A DNA stretch of 64,000 nucleotides from Chiloscyllium plagiosum (GCF_004010195.1 NC_057719.1:22283174-22347173); one strand, 5' to 3'. Positions 50,286-62,340 are shown, numbered from the stretch's first letter. Made by a program: numbers and translations. The notes: generated by a model not told the origin, from the letters alone.

Positions 50286-50771
50286 TGAATTGGAAAAGCT
50301 GCTTATGACTCTAATTTTCTCCTAAATGCACTGTTCAAGAAAAGTGAGAAAAAACATTTCTCAGCACATATTAGCTTTCTGATTTTAAAAAATGTCATTT
50401 TGTCTAATGGATTATTATTGAACCTGAAAGGATAAAGTGCAGGAGGTCCTGGAATCTGTTGATCTGATGATCTAGCACGTGTGGTCAAGTGATGAATCAT
50501 GCTGGTTGACTCTGAAGTCTTGTAGACAGAGCTTGCTCAGGAAATGCAATTTTAAGTTGTTATTTCAGCTGTTGTTTTGAAAAGAATATATAGGTTGTAC
50601 CCTGAACTGATATTCTTTTCAGAAATGACAGAGATCAGCTGTGCAGTTTGTTCATAGCAACTGAGCCAGATCTCAGCTAGCTTTCTTCCAAACCCATTGG
50701 TTTTTATCAAGCTGTCACCCAATTTGGTTTCAACTGAAATCAAAACAAGCACATCTCCACGGTCAGTCACT

Positions 50772-51080
50772 GATTAGATTCTCTACAGTGTGGAAACAAG
50801 CCCTTCAGCCCAACCAGTCCACATCGACCCTTCGAAGAGTAAACCCACCCAGACCCATTTCCCTCTGACTAATGCACTTAACACTACGGGCAATTTGGCA
50901 TGGCCAATTCACCTGACCTGCACATCTTTGGACTGTGGGATGAAGCCGGAACACCCAGAGGAACCGATGCAGGCACAGGGAAAATATGCAAACTCCACAC
51001 AGAGGCCGAGGCATGGAATTGAACCTGGGACCCTTGTACTGTGAGGCAGCAGTGCTAACCACTGAGTCACCATGCCACCC
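50772..51080 (-). mobile_element. HE1-type SINE
   Basis: Reverse complement of the HE1 head and body; gattagatt tail. Confidence 0.9.
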
Positions 51081-51715
51081 CTGTTCTAAAACAGCCCCAA
51101 CAGGGTCTACAGCAAAACAAGCAATTACCATCATGTGTTTTCTCGGATGACTTGTGAAAGGAAGAGTGCAACGTCCATTTTGAATTTTCAATAATTTGGT
51201 TACAATTGGCCCTCAAGCGAGGATACTAATTATTCTGATAACAAATGGTACAAAACAAAAGACTGTCATGCTCCCAGGTAAGCAGGAATTATATTCCCTT
51301 CTTTACTTTCAACCCCTCTCTGGGTTGATAGCAATGAGGCTAATTTACAAAAATTCCAACAAAATGATTTTATGTTTTAAAAGGAGGCAATTTATTCAGG
51401 CTTCCTTGAGTTAAATAAATAGTGAATTAGTGTTTAAAATACAAGAAAATACAAGAAAATGTGACTCATATATACACACACACACAAACAAAATGTAAAT
51501 GAGAGGTGAATCCAGACAGTAAATGTTAGTCAAATACAAACCAGTCCTTGGCTTTTCTATGATGAATAGATTGTGAGGTTTTGCAGCCATTCATCAGGAT
51601 GCTTCCAGAAGCATTGGCTTAGACAGCTTGGAGGTCCTTGGTTCTATAATTAGCTGAGTGGTGTTTTTCAGTTACTTTCAACTGTGTCATTGATGACTTT
51701 GCCTATCTTCAGCAA

Positions 51716-51890
51716 TCAGAGATTTTTACCTGGAAAAACACAGCAGGTCTGGCTGCAGAGACCCTTCTTCAGAACTGGATCCATCAAGTTAACTCTGCTT
51801 TATTTCCACCAGATTCTGCCAGACCTGCTTTGTTCTTCCAGCAATTTATGTTTTGTTTCTGATTGTCAGCATCCGCAGTTATTTGATATT
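51716..51890. mobile_element. Older fold-back element related to PLE family A
   Basis: ctggaaaaacacagcaggtctggc / gccagacctgctttgttcttccag inverted arms; ends cagcatccgcagt. Confidence 0.6.
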
Positions 51891-52149
51891 TTGATTTTAC
51901 CTGCATGTACTAGGATGTCGAGTGAATTTTTCAGCTATGTTGTTTCACAGCACATTTTACTCTGGTTAAAACCCAAACTCAAGCTAATACACAATACTCT
52001 ATCATTCAGAAACCAGGGGTTGCAAGTGGATTTTCATTCCCTCTTTTGTGTATTTCTGGGAGGGTCAAAAGGAAAGAAGTAGTCCTTCTTTCAAATCATC
52101 ATGTCTGGAGTCTGAGACACTACCAACAAGAGCTTTTGTTTTGCTGAGA

Positions 52150-53414
52150 TGTAGCATGGTAATTACTCCCTCAATGACTACCGCCCAGTGGTCCTAACTT
52201 CGGTGGTCATGAAGTGCTTTGAAAGGCTGGTCATGGCATTAATCAACTCCCCACTACTCTTCTCCCACTCCAATTTGCCTATCGGACCAACAGATCCATG
52301 TCAGATGCCATATCAGCTGCCCTTCACTCCCCCCCCGGAACAGTCATGTAAGAATGCTACTCATTGACTACAGTTCAGCCTTCAACACTATTATCCCCTT
52401 GAGCCTGATTACTAAACTTAGTGACCTCAGACTAAGCCCCACTCTCTGCAACTGGATTCTCAGTTTCACAATCAGTGAAGATTGGGGACAATATTTCATC
52501 CTCACTAACACTCAATACTGGCGCTTTCCATGGTGCATACTCAGCCCCTTACTGTACTCACTATATACCCATGACTGCATCACCAAATACCAGACTAATG
52601 CCATTTACAAGTTCGCTGATGACACCAACATAGTCGGTCAAATCTCAGATGGCAACGAAACAGACTACAGACGAAAGGTGGAAGACCTGGAAAAATAGTG
52701 CACTGAGAACAACCTAGCTCTCAATGCCAGCAAAGCCAAATAACTCATTATTGACTTACAGCTGGGTTTTACTCATGCCCCTCCACACATTAACAGAACA
52801 AAGGTGGAATGAGTGAAGAGTGTCAAGGTATTGGGAGTGGTCATCCACAACAAGCTTTCTTAGGCTCTTCATGTGGATGCACTGGTTACAAAAGCCCAAC
52901 AATGTCTCTTCTTCCTCAGGCAGCTGAGGAAATTGGCATGATGGCGAATACCCTTGGGAATTTTTATAGATGCGCAATCGAGCTCATTCTGTCTGGATGT
53001 ATCACTACCTGGTATGGCAACTGTACCATTCAAGATTGGAGACGTTTACAGAGATTGAACTCAGCCCGGACAATCACAAAAGCCAACCTTCCATCTGTAG
53101 AATCCATCTACCAGGCCCGCTGTCAAGGAAAGGCCACCAGCATTCTCAAAGAGCCATCCCACCCTAGCAATGTTTTTCTACAACCTCTACCATTGGTGAG
53201 AAGGTACAGAAGCCTGAACACATGCACCAGCCAGTTTCAAAACAGTTTCTACCCTATTGTTGTTAGAATACTGAATGGACTCACAAATTCTTAACATTCG
53301 CCTGTACCTGTGTTATTGTTTTTTGCCGTTTGCCTATTATTTACATATCTATGCTACTTAACTCTGTTATCTGCCTGCTGCTCACAAGACAAAACTTTTC
53401 ACTGTGCCTTGGTA
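52150..53414 (+). mobile_element. Rex/Babar-type LINE RT and 3' portion
   Basis: LNDYRPVVLTSVVMKCFERLV, MLLIDYSSAFNTIIP, LCNWIL, ILSPLLYSLYTHDC, YKFADDT, FYRCAIELILSGCITTWYGNC. Confidence 0.9.
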
Positions 53415-54003
53415 GCCCACAAACCCACCAAAACACTAAAATAGCAGTGAATGAAATTGAAAGACCCTATACAGACAACAAGCAAAGCTAATGTCATTTA
53501 CAAAATATGTTGCAAGAACTGTAACAAACACTGCATTGGACAAACAAGCAGAAAATTAGCCACCAGGATACATGAACATCAACTAGCCACAAAAAGACAT
53601 GACCCACTCACACTCATATCCTTACATACAGATGAGGAAGGACACCACTTCGACTGGGGCAACATACCCATCCTAGGACAAGCCAAGCAGCGACATGCAC
53701 AAGAATTCCGAAAAGCATGTCATTCCAATCAGAACTCGATCAACAAACACATTGACTTGAATCCCATCCCTGAGAAAAAGAACAGGAAATGACATCACCA
53801 CAGGTAATGACATCACCAACCCAAGGAAACCGAAACACATAAATAGAAAGCGGGGCATACAACCAGTACTTCATCCAGAGGCTCACTGATGATGTTGCCT
53901 AGTATGGTGACAAAACGTCTGAAAGCAAACCATCTAATTCAGCAAGCAAGCCTCCATCCAGAACCTCAACCTGAGCTACAAATCGTCTCAAAACTCACTA
54001 ACT
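53415..54003 (+). mobile_element. Penelope-like element 3' portion: GIY-YIG endonuclease plus terminal repeat (family C)
   Basis: NVIYKICCKNCNKHCIGQTSRKLATRIHEH...H..EEGHHFDW is a PLE GIY-YIG domain with Cys/His motif. Confidence 0.9.
53886..53919 (+). ncRNA. Hammerhead ribozyme motif, G12 mutated
   Basis: CTGATGA-T-GTTGCC-TAGTAT-GGTGAC-AAAAC-GTC. Confidence 0.65.
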
Positions 54004-54004
54004 A

Positions 54005-54688
54005 AAAGTTAATATTCAGGTGCAGTATGTAATTAAGAAGGCTAATGGAATGCTATCCTTTATTATGAGAGGACTTGAAGATGAAAAATAAAGATTTCAT
54101 GCTTCATTTATACAGACGTCAATTGGAAGGTATTTCAAACATTAGATGGAGTATTCATATCCTTGATTCAGTACAAATGCCGTTATAATATATATTTATG
54201 AAATGGATAAGGGAAATGAATATACTATTGCAAAGTCTTTGATTGATGCAAAAATAGGTGGGAAGACAAATGGGGAAGATGACAGTGAGAGTCAAATAGG
54301 TGAAATGAGCAGGAAAAAAATTGCCAGATAGAATAAATTGTGCGAAAATATGAGGTTGTGAATTTTGGCAGGATGAATGGATGACCTGAATGTTCCTTCA
54401 AAAGAGGACGACTGCAGAAAGCTGCAGCACAGAGGGATTTGATGTCCATGTTCATAAATCACAAAAAGCCTGCATTCAGATTTATCAGGTAATAGTGTAG
54501 ACAGATAGACTACTGGCATTTATTTGTAAGAGAAAAAAATATAAAAATAAGGGTGTCTTACGAAAACAATGCAAGATCGTAATTACATTGCACCGAGAAT
54601 ACTGTGAGCAATTTTGTTTTCCCTATTTAAGAAAAAATACAGTGGTCTTGGAGACAGTTCAGACCAGGTTCACTAGGTTGATTCCATG
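54005..54688 (+). mobile_element. Old CR1 fragments
   Basis: gtaattaagaaggctaatggaatgct; gagacagttcagaccaggttcactaggttgattcc. Confidence 0.6.
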
Positions 54689-54882
54689 ATGTTGAATAGT
54701 AACTGGGACTTCCTGGAGCAGATGCTCAGTCTGTCAGGGAGTGGTCTTTGTTTGAATTGGACTATGTTTTCTTTAAAAAGAATCTGGCTACTGATGCTAT
54801 AACAAGAGCATTAGAAAGCTTTCTGCTTAATCTCCCTTCTTAGCTCTTGGAATCTCAGAGAATAGATAACCAAGTAATTACT

Positions 54883-55020
54883 ATTCGGAGATGCCGGTGT
54901 TGGACTGGGGTGTACAAAGTTAAAAATCACACAACACCAGGTTATAGTCCAACAGGTTTAATTGGAAGCACACTAGCTTTCGGAGCGACGCTCCTTCATC
55001 ACCTGGTGTTGTGTGATTTT
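54883..55020 (-). mobile_element. Short PLE-derived insertion (family B), perfect 16-bp TSD, short fold-back
   Basis: TSD taaccaagtaattact at 54867-54882 and 55021-55036; minus strand TGATGA-A-GGAGC-GTC-GCTCC-GAAA-GCTA; inverted arm acctggtgttgtgtgattttt. Confidence 0.92.
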
Positions 55021-55516
55021 TAACCAAGTAATTACTGCCTTTGTTTGAATGAACCGAAAAGATGACCCTGATCAACACCTTCAGAAAATCAACCAAAAAA
55101 ACCACCATCTCTACCTGTATAAGAGCACATTATGAAAACCATTAAAGTAATCTGACTAGTTTCATTATTTTCTTTTATTTATTCTTTTAACACTGTTGTT
55201 TGTCTGTCTGTCTGTCCTATTTTGTGAATGGGTCTGAGATTAAAGGTTTTTCGGTTTATACCATAGTCCAGTTAGATTACTTTGTTGTTTAATTTTGCTC
55301 TCTCAAAGACATTGCATTATTAAACAAATTGCTCAATCTTTTGTTTAAGGTACAACTGACGTTCAGAATTGATTATTCTGGGATTAGCTATTCAAAAAGC
55401 CTGGTTAGGGACCATTGGGTTCAACATTGATGGTCTTTGAGCATTTTAATTTTACTGTGCCATGAATATAGGGGTAGAAAGGTTCATTCAGTTCAGCTGT
55501 CTGCCTTCATTTTAAG

Positions 55517-57150
55517 GAGTCATAGAGTCATAGAGGTGTACAGCGTGGAAACAGACCCTTCGGTCCAACCCGTTCATGCCAACCAGATATCCCAACCCAA
55601 TCTAGTCCCACCTGCCAGCATTTGGGCCATATCCCTCCAAACCCTTCCTATTCATATACCCATCCAGATGCCTCTTAAATGTTGCAATTGTACCAGCCTC
55701 CACTACTTCCTCTGGCAGCTCATTCCATACATGTATCACTCTCTGTGTGAAAACGTTGCCCCTTAGGTCTCTTTTATATCTTTCCCCTCTCACCCTAAAC
55801 CTATGCCCTCTACTTCTGGACTCCCCCACCCCAGGGAAAAGACTTTGTCTATTTATCCTATCCATACCCTCATAATTTTGTAAACCTCTATAACCCCTCA
55901 GCCTCCGACGCNNNNNNNNNNNNNNNNNNNNNNNNNNNNNNNNNNNNNNNNNNNNNNNNNNNNNNNNNNNNNNNNNNNNNNNNNNNNNNNNNNNNNNNNN
56001 NNNNNNNNNNNNNNNNNNNNNNNNNNNNNNNNNNNNNNNNNNNNNNNNNNNNNNNNNTATACAGCCGCAACATGACCTCCCAACTCTTGTACTCAATACT
56101 CTGACCAATAAAGAAAAGCATACCAAATGCCTTCTTCACTATCCTATCTACCTGCAACTCCACTTTCAAGGAGCTATGAACCTGTACTCCAAGGTCTCTT
56201 TGTTCAGCAATACTCCCTAGGACCTATCATTAAGTGTATAAGACCTGCTAAGATATGCTTTCCCAAAATGTAGCACCTCGCATTTATCTGAATTAAACTC
56301 ATCTGCCACTTCTCAACTCATTATCCCATCTGGTCAAGATCCTGTTGCAATCTGAGGTAATCCTCTTCGCTGTCCACCACACCTCCAATTTTGGTGTTAT
56401 CTGCACACTTACTAACTGTACCTCTTATGCTCGCATCCAAATCATTTATGTAAATGACAAAAAGTAGAGGACCCAGCAACGATCCTTGTGGCACTCCAGT
56501 GGTCACAGACCTCCAGTCTGAAAGAGAATCCTCCACCACCACCCTCTGTCCCCTATCTTTGAGCCAGTTCTGTATCCAAATGACTAGTTCTCCCTGTATT
56601 CTGTGAGATCTAACTTTGCTAACCAGTCTGCCATGGGGAACCTGTCGAACGCCTTACTGATCTCCATATAGATCAAATCTATAGATCACTCTGCCCTCAT
56701 CAATCCTCATTGTTACATCTTCAAAAAATTTGTGAGATATGATTTCCTACGCACAAAGCCATGTTGACTATCCCTAATCAGTCCTTGCCTTTCCAAATAC
56801 ATGTACATCCTGTCCCTCCAACAACTTGACCACCACTGACGTCAGGCTCACTGGTCTATAATTCCCTGGCTTGTCCTTACCACCTTTCTTAAACAGTCAC
56901 ACCACGTTAGCCAACCTCCAGTTTTCCAGTACCTCACCTGTGACTATTGATGATACAAATATCTCAGCAAGGGGCCCAACAATCACTTCTCTAGCTTCCC
57001 ACAGAGTTCTAGGGTACACCTGATCAGGTCCTGGGGATTTATCCACCTTTATGTGTTTCAAGACATCCAGCACTTCCTCCTCTGTAATATGGACATTTTG
57101 CAAGGTGTCACCATCTATGTCCCTACATTCTATCTCTTCCATATTTGTGA
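55517..57150 (-). mobile_element. CR1 LINE 3' portion containing an assembly gap
   Basis: KVDKSPGPDQ, GVPQGSLLGPLLFVIYINDLD; tail gagtcatagagtcatag. Confidence 0.92.
55912..56057. other. Assembly gap (N run)
   Basis: Run of n characters. Confidence 1.
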
Positions 57151-58128
57151 CAGCAGGGAGGGATTTTCTTATGAGGACAGATTGAGTAGATTGGGACTGC
57201 ACTCATTGGTGTTCAGAAGAAAGAGAGGCAACTTTATTAAAACATTGGTGACTCCCCTGCCACAGGAACCCATATCCTCCAATGCAGTACCATCTCCCCC
57301 GCGACACTCCGAAGTTGTAAGAATGAGGCTCAGGAGATAAGGTTGGGAGATGAAGTCATAGTTCAATGACTTATATGGGAAACTGTGGGTTCAATACCGA
57401 TGGGCTCATCAGAAAGCTCAGTACTGAGAGGTGATTGTGGCCAGGAAAAGAATATGCAATTTCAAGAGTGCTTTAATTATCAGGCTCAGCTCACTGCCCA
57501 CTGTATCAATGCCAACGTACATTGCATTCATGCTCATGTAACCTGTAAATGCAGAGTGGAAATGGAAATTGTCTCAAATTCAACCAGCAAGAATGGAGTA
57601 AGTATTTTCATTTGCTGTCAGGGCATAAGCATTCTACCTGTGAGTGATGTGAGACCCTTGAATGGGAAATTGTATTATTGATGTATTTACACAGAACAGA
57701 TTAAATGCATTTATAATCATAGTATCCTACATGTGAAGTGCAGGCAGTATCCAACTATGTGGAATGTAAATCCTGGCAGATTGGAGATGGTCATTGCTGT
57801 GCAGCAGAAGTTATCACAGACGGTCTTAAAAATGCCACCTGCAGACCACAATTCACAAAAACAATCAAAGGATTCATAACCTGCAGATGCCTCTCACCTT
57901 GAACTGTAAGTATTCACTACTATGCTCTTAATATATTACGTTAATTTTTGGGTTATCTACAAATTTGAGTAATAGGTGTCAGTAAACATACAGCACTTAC
58001 AATCTTCTGCTGTCTTTGCACTTCATTGCTTGTGTTGCATTCATCAGAATAAGGTATCTATGTCAGAGATCCATGTCGAGACATTCCATGGCACTCCTAA
58101 TCAGAATTCACTATGTCCCACGGTATAA

Positions 58129-58421
58129 TGCCTCACAGCGCCAGAGACCCGGGTTCAATTCCCGCCTCAGGCGACTGACTGTGTGGAGTTTGCACATTCT
58201 CCCCGTGTCTGCGTGGGTTTCCTCCGGGTGCTCCGGTTTCCTCCCACAGTCCAAAAAATGTGCAGGTTAGGTGAATTGGCCACGCTAAATTGCCCGTAGT
58301 GTTAGATGCAAGGGTAAATGTAGGGGAATGGGTATGGGTGGGTTGCGCTTCGGCGGGTCGGTGTGGACTTGTTGGGCCGAAGGGCCTGTTTCCACACTGT
58401 AAGTAATCTAATCTAATCTAA
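58129..58421 (+). mobile_element. Young, 5'-truncated HE1-type SINE
   Basis: CpG-rich HE1 body, (taatc)n tail, possible TSD taatgc. Confidence 0.9.
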
Positions 58422-58689
58422 TGCACAATGCTAAACCTTCATTTATAAGTGATGTTAATGCAGACTGTACTGTTTCTGATATTTATCACATAGTTTCATT
58501 GGAAGCATAGCACAGCAGCATTTACTATCACTGTTACTCTGATGTAGAGAAATTGGAGAGCAACAGGTGTGTCAACAAGCCCAGGACCAGCAGCAACATC
58601 CAATGGATGCCAAAGAGTGGTACCCTCAATATGCGCAATAGGTACAGGAGGCCCAGACTCTGTCATCCTAAATGATATTTTCTCCAGAT

Positions 58690-59660
58690 TAGAGAGGTGC
58701 CATGTGACCTATAGTCTGAAGACATTCCAGGACATCATCACAGAACTATGCCAGCTGCTGGTTGATGGAATTATCTAATACAACCCCGGGTGGCCTTCCT
58801 GTTCAATGCAGTACATGTCCACTCTATGTTTGAAAGCCAAGTTTTGATCATGAGTCAAAGTCTCCGTAGCAACCTCCAACGGATTCTTTGGTCCTCCACA
58901 GGCCAAACCTCATGTCTGTTATTTCCAAGATCTACATCATGCAGAAGTGGCTATCCTATCCCAATGGCTATCAAGCTGATGGCTGCACTAACCTTGAAAC
59001 CACTGGTTGTTTCAAAGGATCTACTGGGGTCATGTGTGGTATCCCACAACCCTTGATACACAAATGTGTTAATGTTGTTGCCAATTTAAATCGTGTAAAA
59101 TCATGTTGCTTCTTCTCATTTCCCCGTGATGAGATTAATGCTGCAGCCCAGGCAGAACTATGTAGCTGGCTTCCCTCAGATTTAGGGCACTATAGACTAA
59201 ACACATGTCATGGTGAGAGTGCCATGTCACAATGTGGCTGACTTCCATTCCATCAATGTATAAGTCATCTATAATCATCAGTACCACATCTTAAAGTACA
59301 GGCCAGCAACCCTAGGAGATACCATAATACTTATATCCTTGAGAACTCTCATGTTCCTGCTCTGTTCCGTGAGCTGGATACCTGACAAGATGGTTAGTAG
59401 GAGATGAAGACAGCCCCCTGTAACCATGGCTGATGATTGTGTTACACAACCCATGTGTTTAAGGGTGACCATTAATACAAAACAACCCATTCTTCGACCA
59501 GGACCATTGCGAAGTAGATGATAGGCTTCCGAGATAAGGTTTCAATGTTTGAGTCAGTTTTGAGCAGATTCTTGTGGTACAGTCCACATAGAATTTACAG
59601 TATAATCGTCGCATGCTCTGTTCTGCACAACTGGAGCGGGCAAAGAGGGAATGTGATGGT
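58690..59660 (+). pseudogene. PIF/Harbinger DDE transposase fossil (HARBI1-family fold)
   Basis: Collinear motifs across frames: DIITELCQLL; PIPMAIKLMAAL/TTGCFKGSTGVMCGIPQPLIHKCV; AGFPQI*GTID*THV (59165-59209); FHSINV (59243); WLVGD..PWLM (59391); RFQCL; LWYSP..IIVACSVLHN (59611). Many stops and frameshifts. Confidence 0.85.
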
Positions 59661-61160
59661 TACTGACCAGCTGGGAGAGAAGGAGTCAGTTTTCTGAGGA
59701 GGAAGCCGAAGACATTGAGGAGAAGAAACATCACCTTCAGCAAGATAGAATGGTTCAGCACTGGGCACAGCAAGCCAGACAGAATTGAATTGATACCATT
59801 TCCAATAGATGTACATTGCAAAGTAATTTACTGAAAATAAGTTGCAGCTTGAAAGATAAATGATAATTGTCTGTTCCCAGTAGCATATGCTACTTTTATT
59901 AGCTTTGTTTTCTTTTTTTCTACTACTGAATAATAGTGAAAATTAGAAGATGTTAGGCATTGGGGAGAAGTAGCAATCCCTTCAACAGAGTTCTAAGATG
60001 GGATGCTGATGACATCTGTAAGTCCTTTCCTAACTATTTATGAAGAAGTGTCAGCTATGCCACTGATGAAGTGCCCTGAGAAGTGTTTCTTCTTGATGTT
60101 CCCTCCCACTAATTGCCCAGTGAAGGGTAGCTCCTGGCTGGCTCAGCCTGACCCAGTTGGGCTTTAAAAATGACACCAGAGGCAGGAACTCAGGAGGTCC
60201 TGGCAGTGGTGCATACCTCTGTTCTGCCTAGAAGGAAGATAAAACAAGCAGGGCATCAAGGAGGTGTAGCATATAGCCAGTGAGGTGAGTTTTAGAAAAT
60301 AGCAGAAGAAGCCTGGATCATAAAACCCTCCATGCAACTGTCAGATTTGACATTTCGCCCATTTCTGGTCAATTCAGCTCTGTGCCTCAGAAGGTGATTG
60401 AAGGGAAGGGTCATGGAATATATTTAATGCTGAGGCAAATGGATTTTTGTTAGGCATAAGATTTAAATGCTATCGGCATTTGATGGGAATGTGGTTTTCA
60501 AAACACAATCAGCCGTAAACATATTGAATTGTGGAACAGACTTGAGGTCCCAAAAAAACCTTATTCTACTCCTAATCTGTATAACTGTGTGATTGTAAAT
60601 GTCTTAATGACTCATTCTTTGACTTAGTGTCCAATGTTGTTTGATAACACTCCTATAAATCATCTCAGAATGTTTTATACGTTAGAGGTGTTGATGTATG
60701 CTGTAATGTAGGTAACTACATATTATTTACCAGAAACTGGGATAAAACCTGCAAATTTATGTTTCCAAAGTACTTTCAGAGCTTCCAGAGAATATAGAAC
60801 TGAATTTTATATTTTTGGAATACGTTTGAACTCAGGTCCCTGAGGACTATGTGATAGCCCATTGTGCCACAGGATCCATTTACCCTAAAGATGGATTACT
60901 CAAAGTCATGTTAGATTTACTACTTTTAGCTCAAAAGTCATTTTTCTCACATTGTTCATTTGTCTGCTCATGCATTAAGTAGTTGCTTTCCTCCAGTTTA
61001 TTTATTAAAATTGCACCATTTGATGTCAGTCATAAACATTTGTACAACACTCCATTGCTTCCTAAGTTGACAAAAGTGTTAAATTTTAAAACAGTTTGCA
61101 AATTAACTTTGTTTGCCGTTTGAACAATGTATGAATGCATTAAGTTCAATGCTAGCCATT

Positions 61161-61689
61161 GGGTGGCATGATGCCTCAGTGGTTAGCACTGCTGTCTCAC
61201 AGCGCCAGGCACCTGGGTTCAATTCCCACCTCAGGTGACTGTCTGTGTGGAGTTTGCACATTCTCCCTGTGTCTGCGTGGGTTTCCTCCCACAATCTGAA
61301 GATGTGCAGGCCAGGTGAATTGGCCATGATAAATTGCCCATCATGTTAGGTGAGGACTGGAGATGAGAGTCTAGACTAGACCAGTGCTGGAAAAGCACAG
61401 CAGGTCAGGCAGCATCCGAGGAGCAGGAAAATCGACGGTTGGGGCAAAAGCCCTTCATCAGGAAGCAGAGCTCTGATAAAGGGCTTTTGCCCGAAACGTC
61501 GATTTTCTTGCTCCTCGGATGCTGCCTGACCTGCTGTGCTTTTCCAGCACCGCTCTAATCTAGACCCTGTCAGGGGCATTTAGTCAGGGGGAAATGGGTC
61601 TGGGTAGGTTACTCTTCGGAGGATCAATGTGTTAATGTTGGGCCGAAGGGCCTGTTTCCACACTGTAGGGAATCTAATCTAATCTAATC
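61161..61689 (+). mobile_element. HE1-type SINE with a nested inverted PLE dimer
   Basis: HE1 head and body to about 61352, resumes at about 61568, (aatct)n tail. Confidence 0.9.
61353..61565. mobile_element. Family A PLE insertion: two inverted arms of about 93 bp, each with a hammerhead motif
   Basis: Arms 61369-61461 and 61473-61565, spacer gaagcagagct. Confidence 0.92.
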
Positions 61690-61720
61690 ATAACTGCTTT
61701 ACAGTTTGAACAAGGTATCA

Positions 61721-62023
61721 GATTAGATTCCCCACAGTATGGAAACAGGCCCTTCATCCCAACAAGTCCATACTGACCCTCTGAAGAGCAACCCACCCTC
61801 CTCTAACTAATGCATCTAACACTATGGACAATTTAGCACGGCCAATTCACCTGACCTGCACATCTTTGGATTGTAGGAAGAAACCGGAGCAACCAGAGGA
61901 AAACCATGCAGACACGGGAGAATATGCAAACTCCACATAGACAGTCGCCTGAGGTTGGAATCAAACCTGTGACCCTGGTGCTGTGAGGCAGCAGTGCTAA
62001 CCACTGAGCCAATGTGCAGCCCC
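61721..62023 (-). mobile_element. HE1-type SINE
   Basis: Reverse complement of a full HE1 copy. Confidence 0.9.
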
Positions 62024-62235
62024 ATAGCTTGATGTGAAAGTGAACAGAATGGTTTCAGCTGATGGAGTGTAAATAGTTATGATCCTGATGGACATTTAAG
62101 CGCAGGAAAGGAAATAACTAGCAAAAGCACCCTTCACAGCATAGGCACCATTCCAAACATCTGGCACCATCCAAGAGGGTGGCCAGTGCCAAGCCAGAGA
62201 CTTCACATCAGCTTTTTTCAACATAGAGGGACATC

Positions 62236-62340
62236 GGCCAGGAGCAGGCAGGAGGGACTAGTTTAGTTTGGGATTATGTTCGCACAGATTGATTGGGTCA
62301 AAAGGTCTGTTTCTGTGCTGTTTGACTCTATGACTCTATA
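62236..62340 (+). mobile_element. CR1 3' tail fragment
   Basis: gcaggcaggagggactagtttagtttggg...gactctatgactcta. Confidence 0.75.

Noticed and set aside
54690..55500. Possible solo LTR hosting the family B insertion
   Set aside because: Composition is suggestive, but I could not define TG..CA termini or a TSD.
57845..57906. Possible small exon ending at a gtaagt donor
   Set aside because: Weak acceptor and unrecognised peptide; could belong to the nearby Harbinger relic or be chance.
58690..59660. Functional host HARBI1 gene
   Set aside because: Multiple stops and frameshifts; a decayed transposon copy is the better reading.
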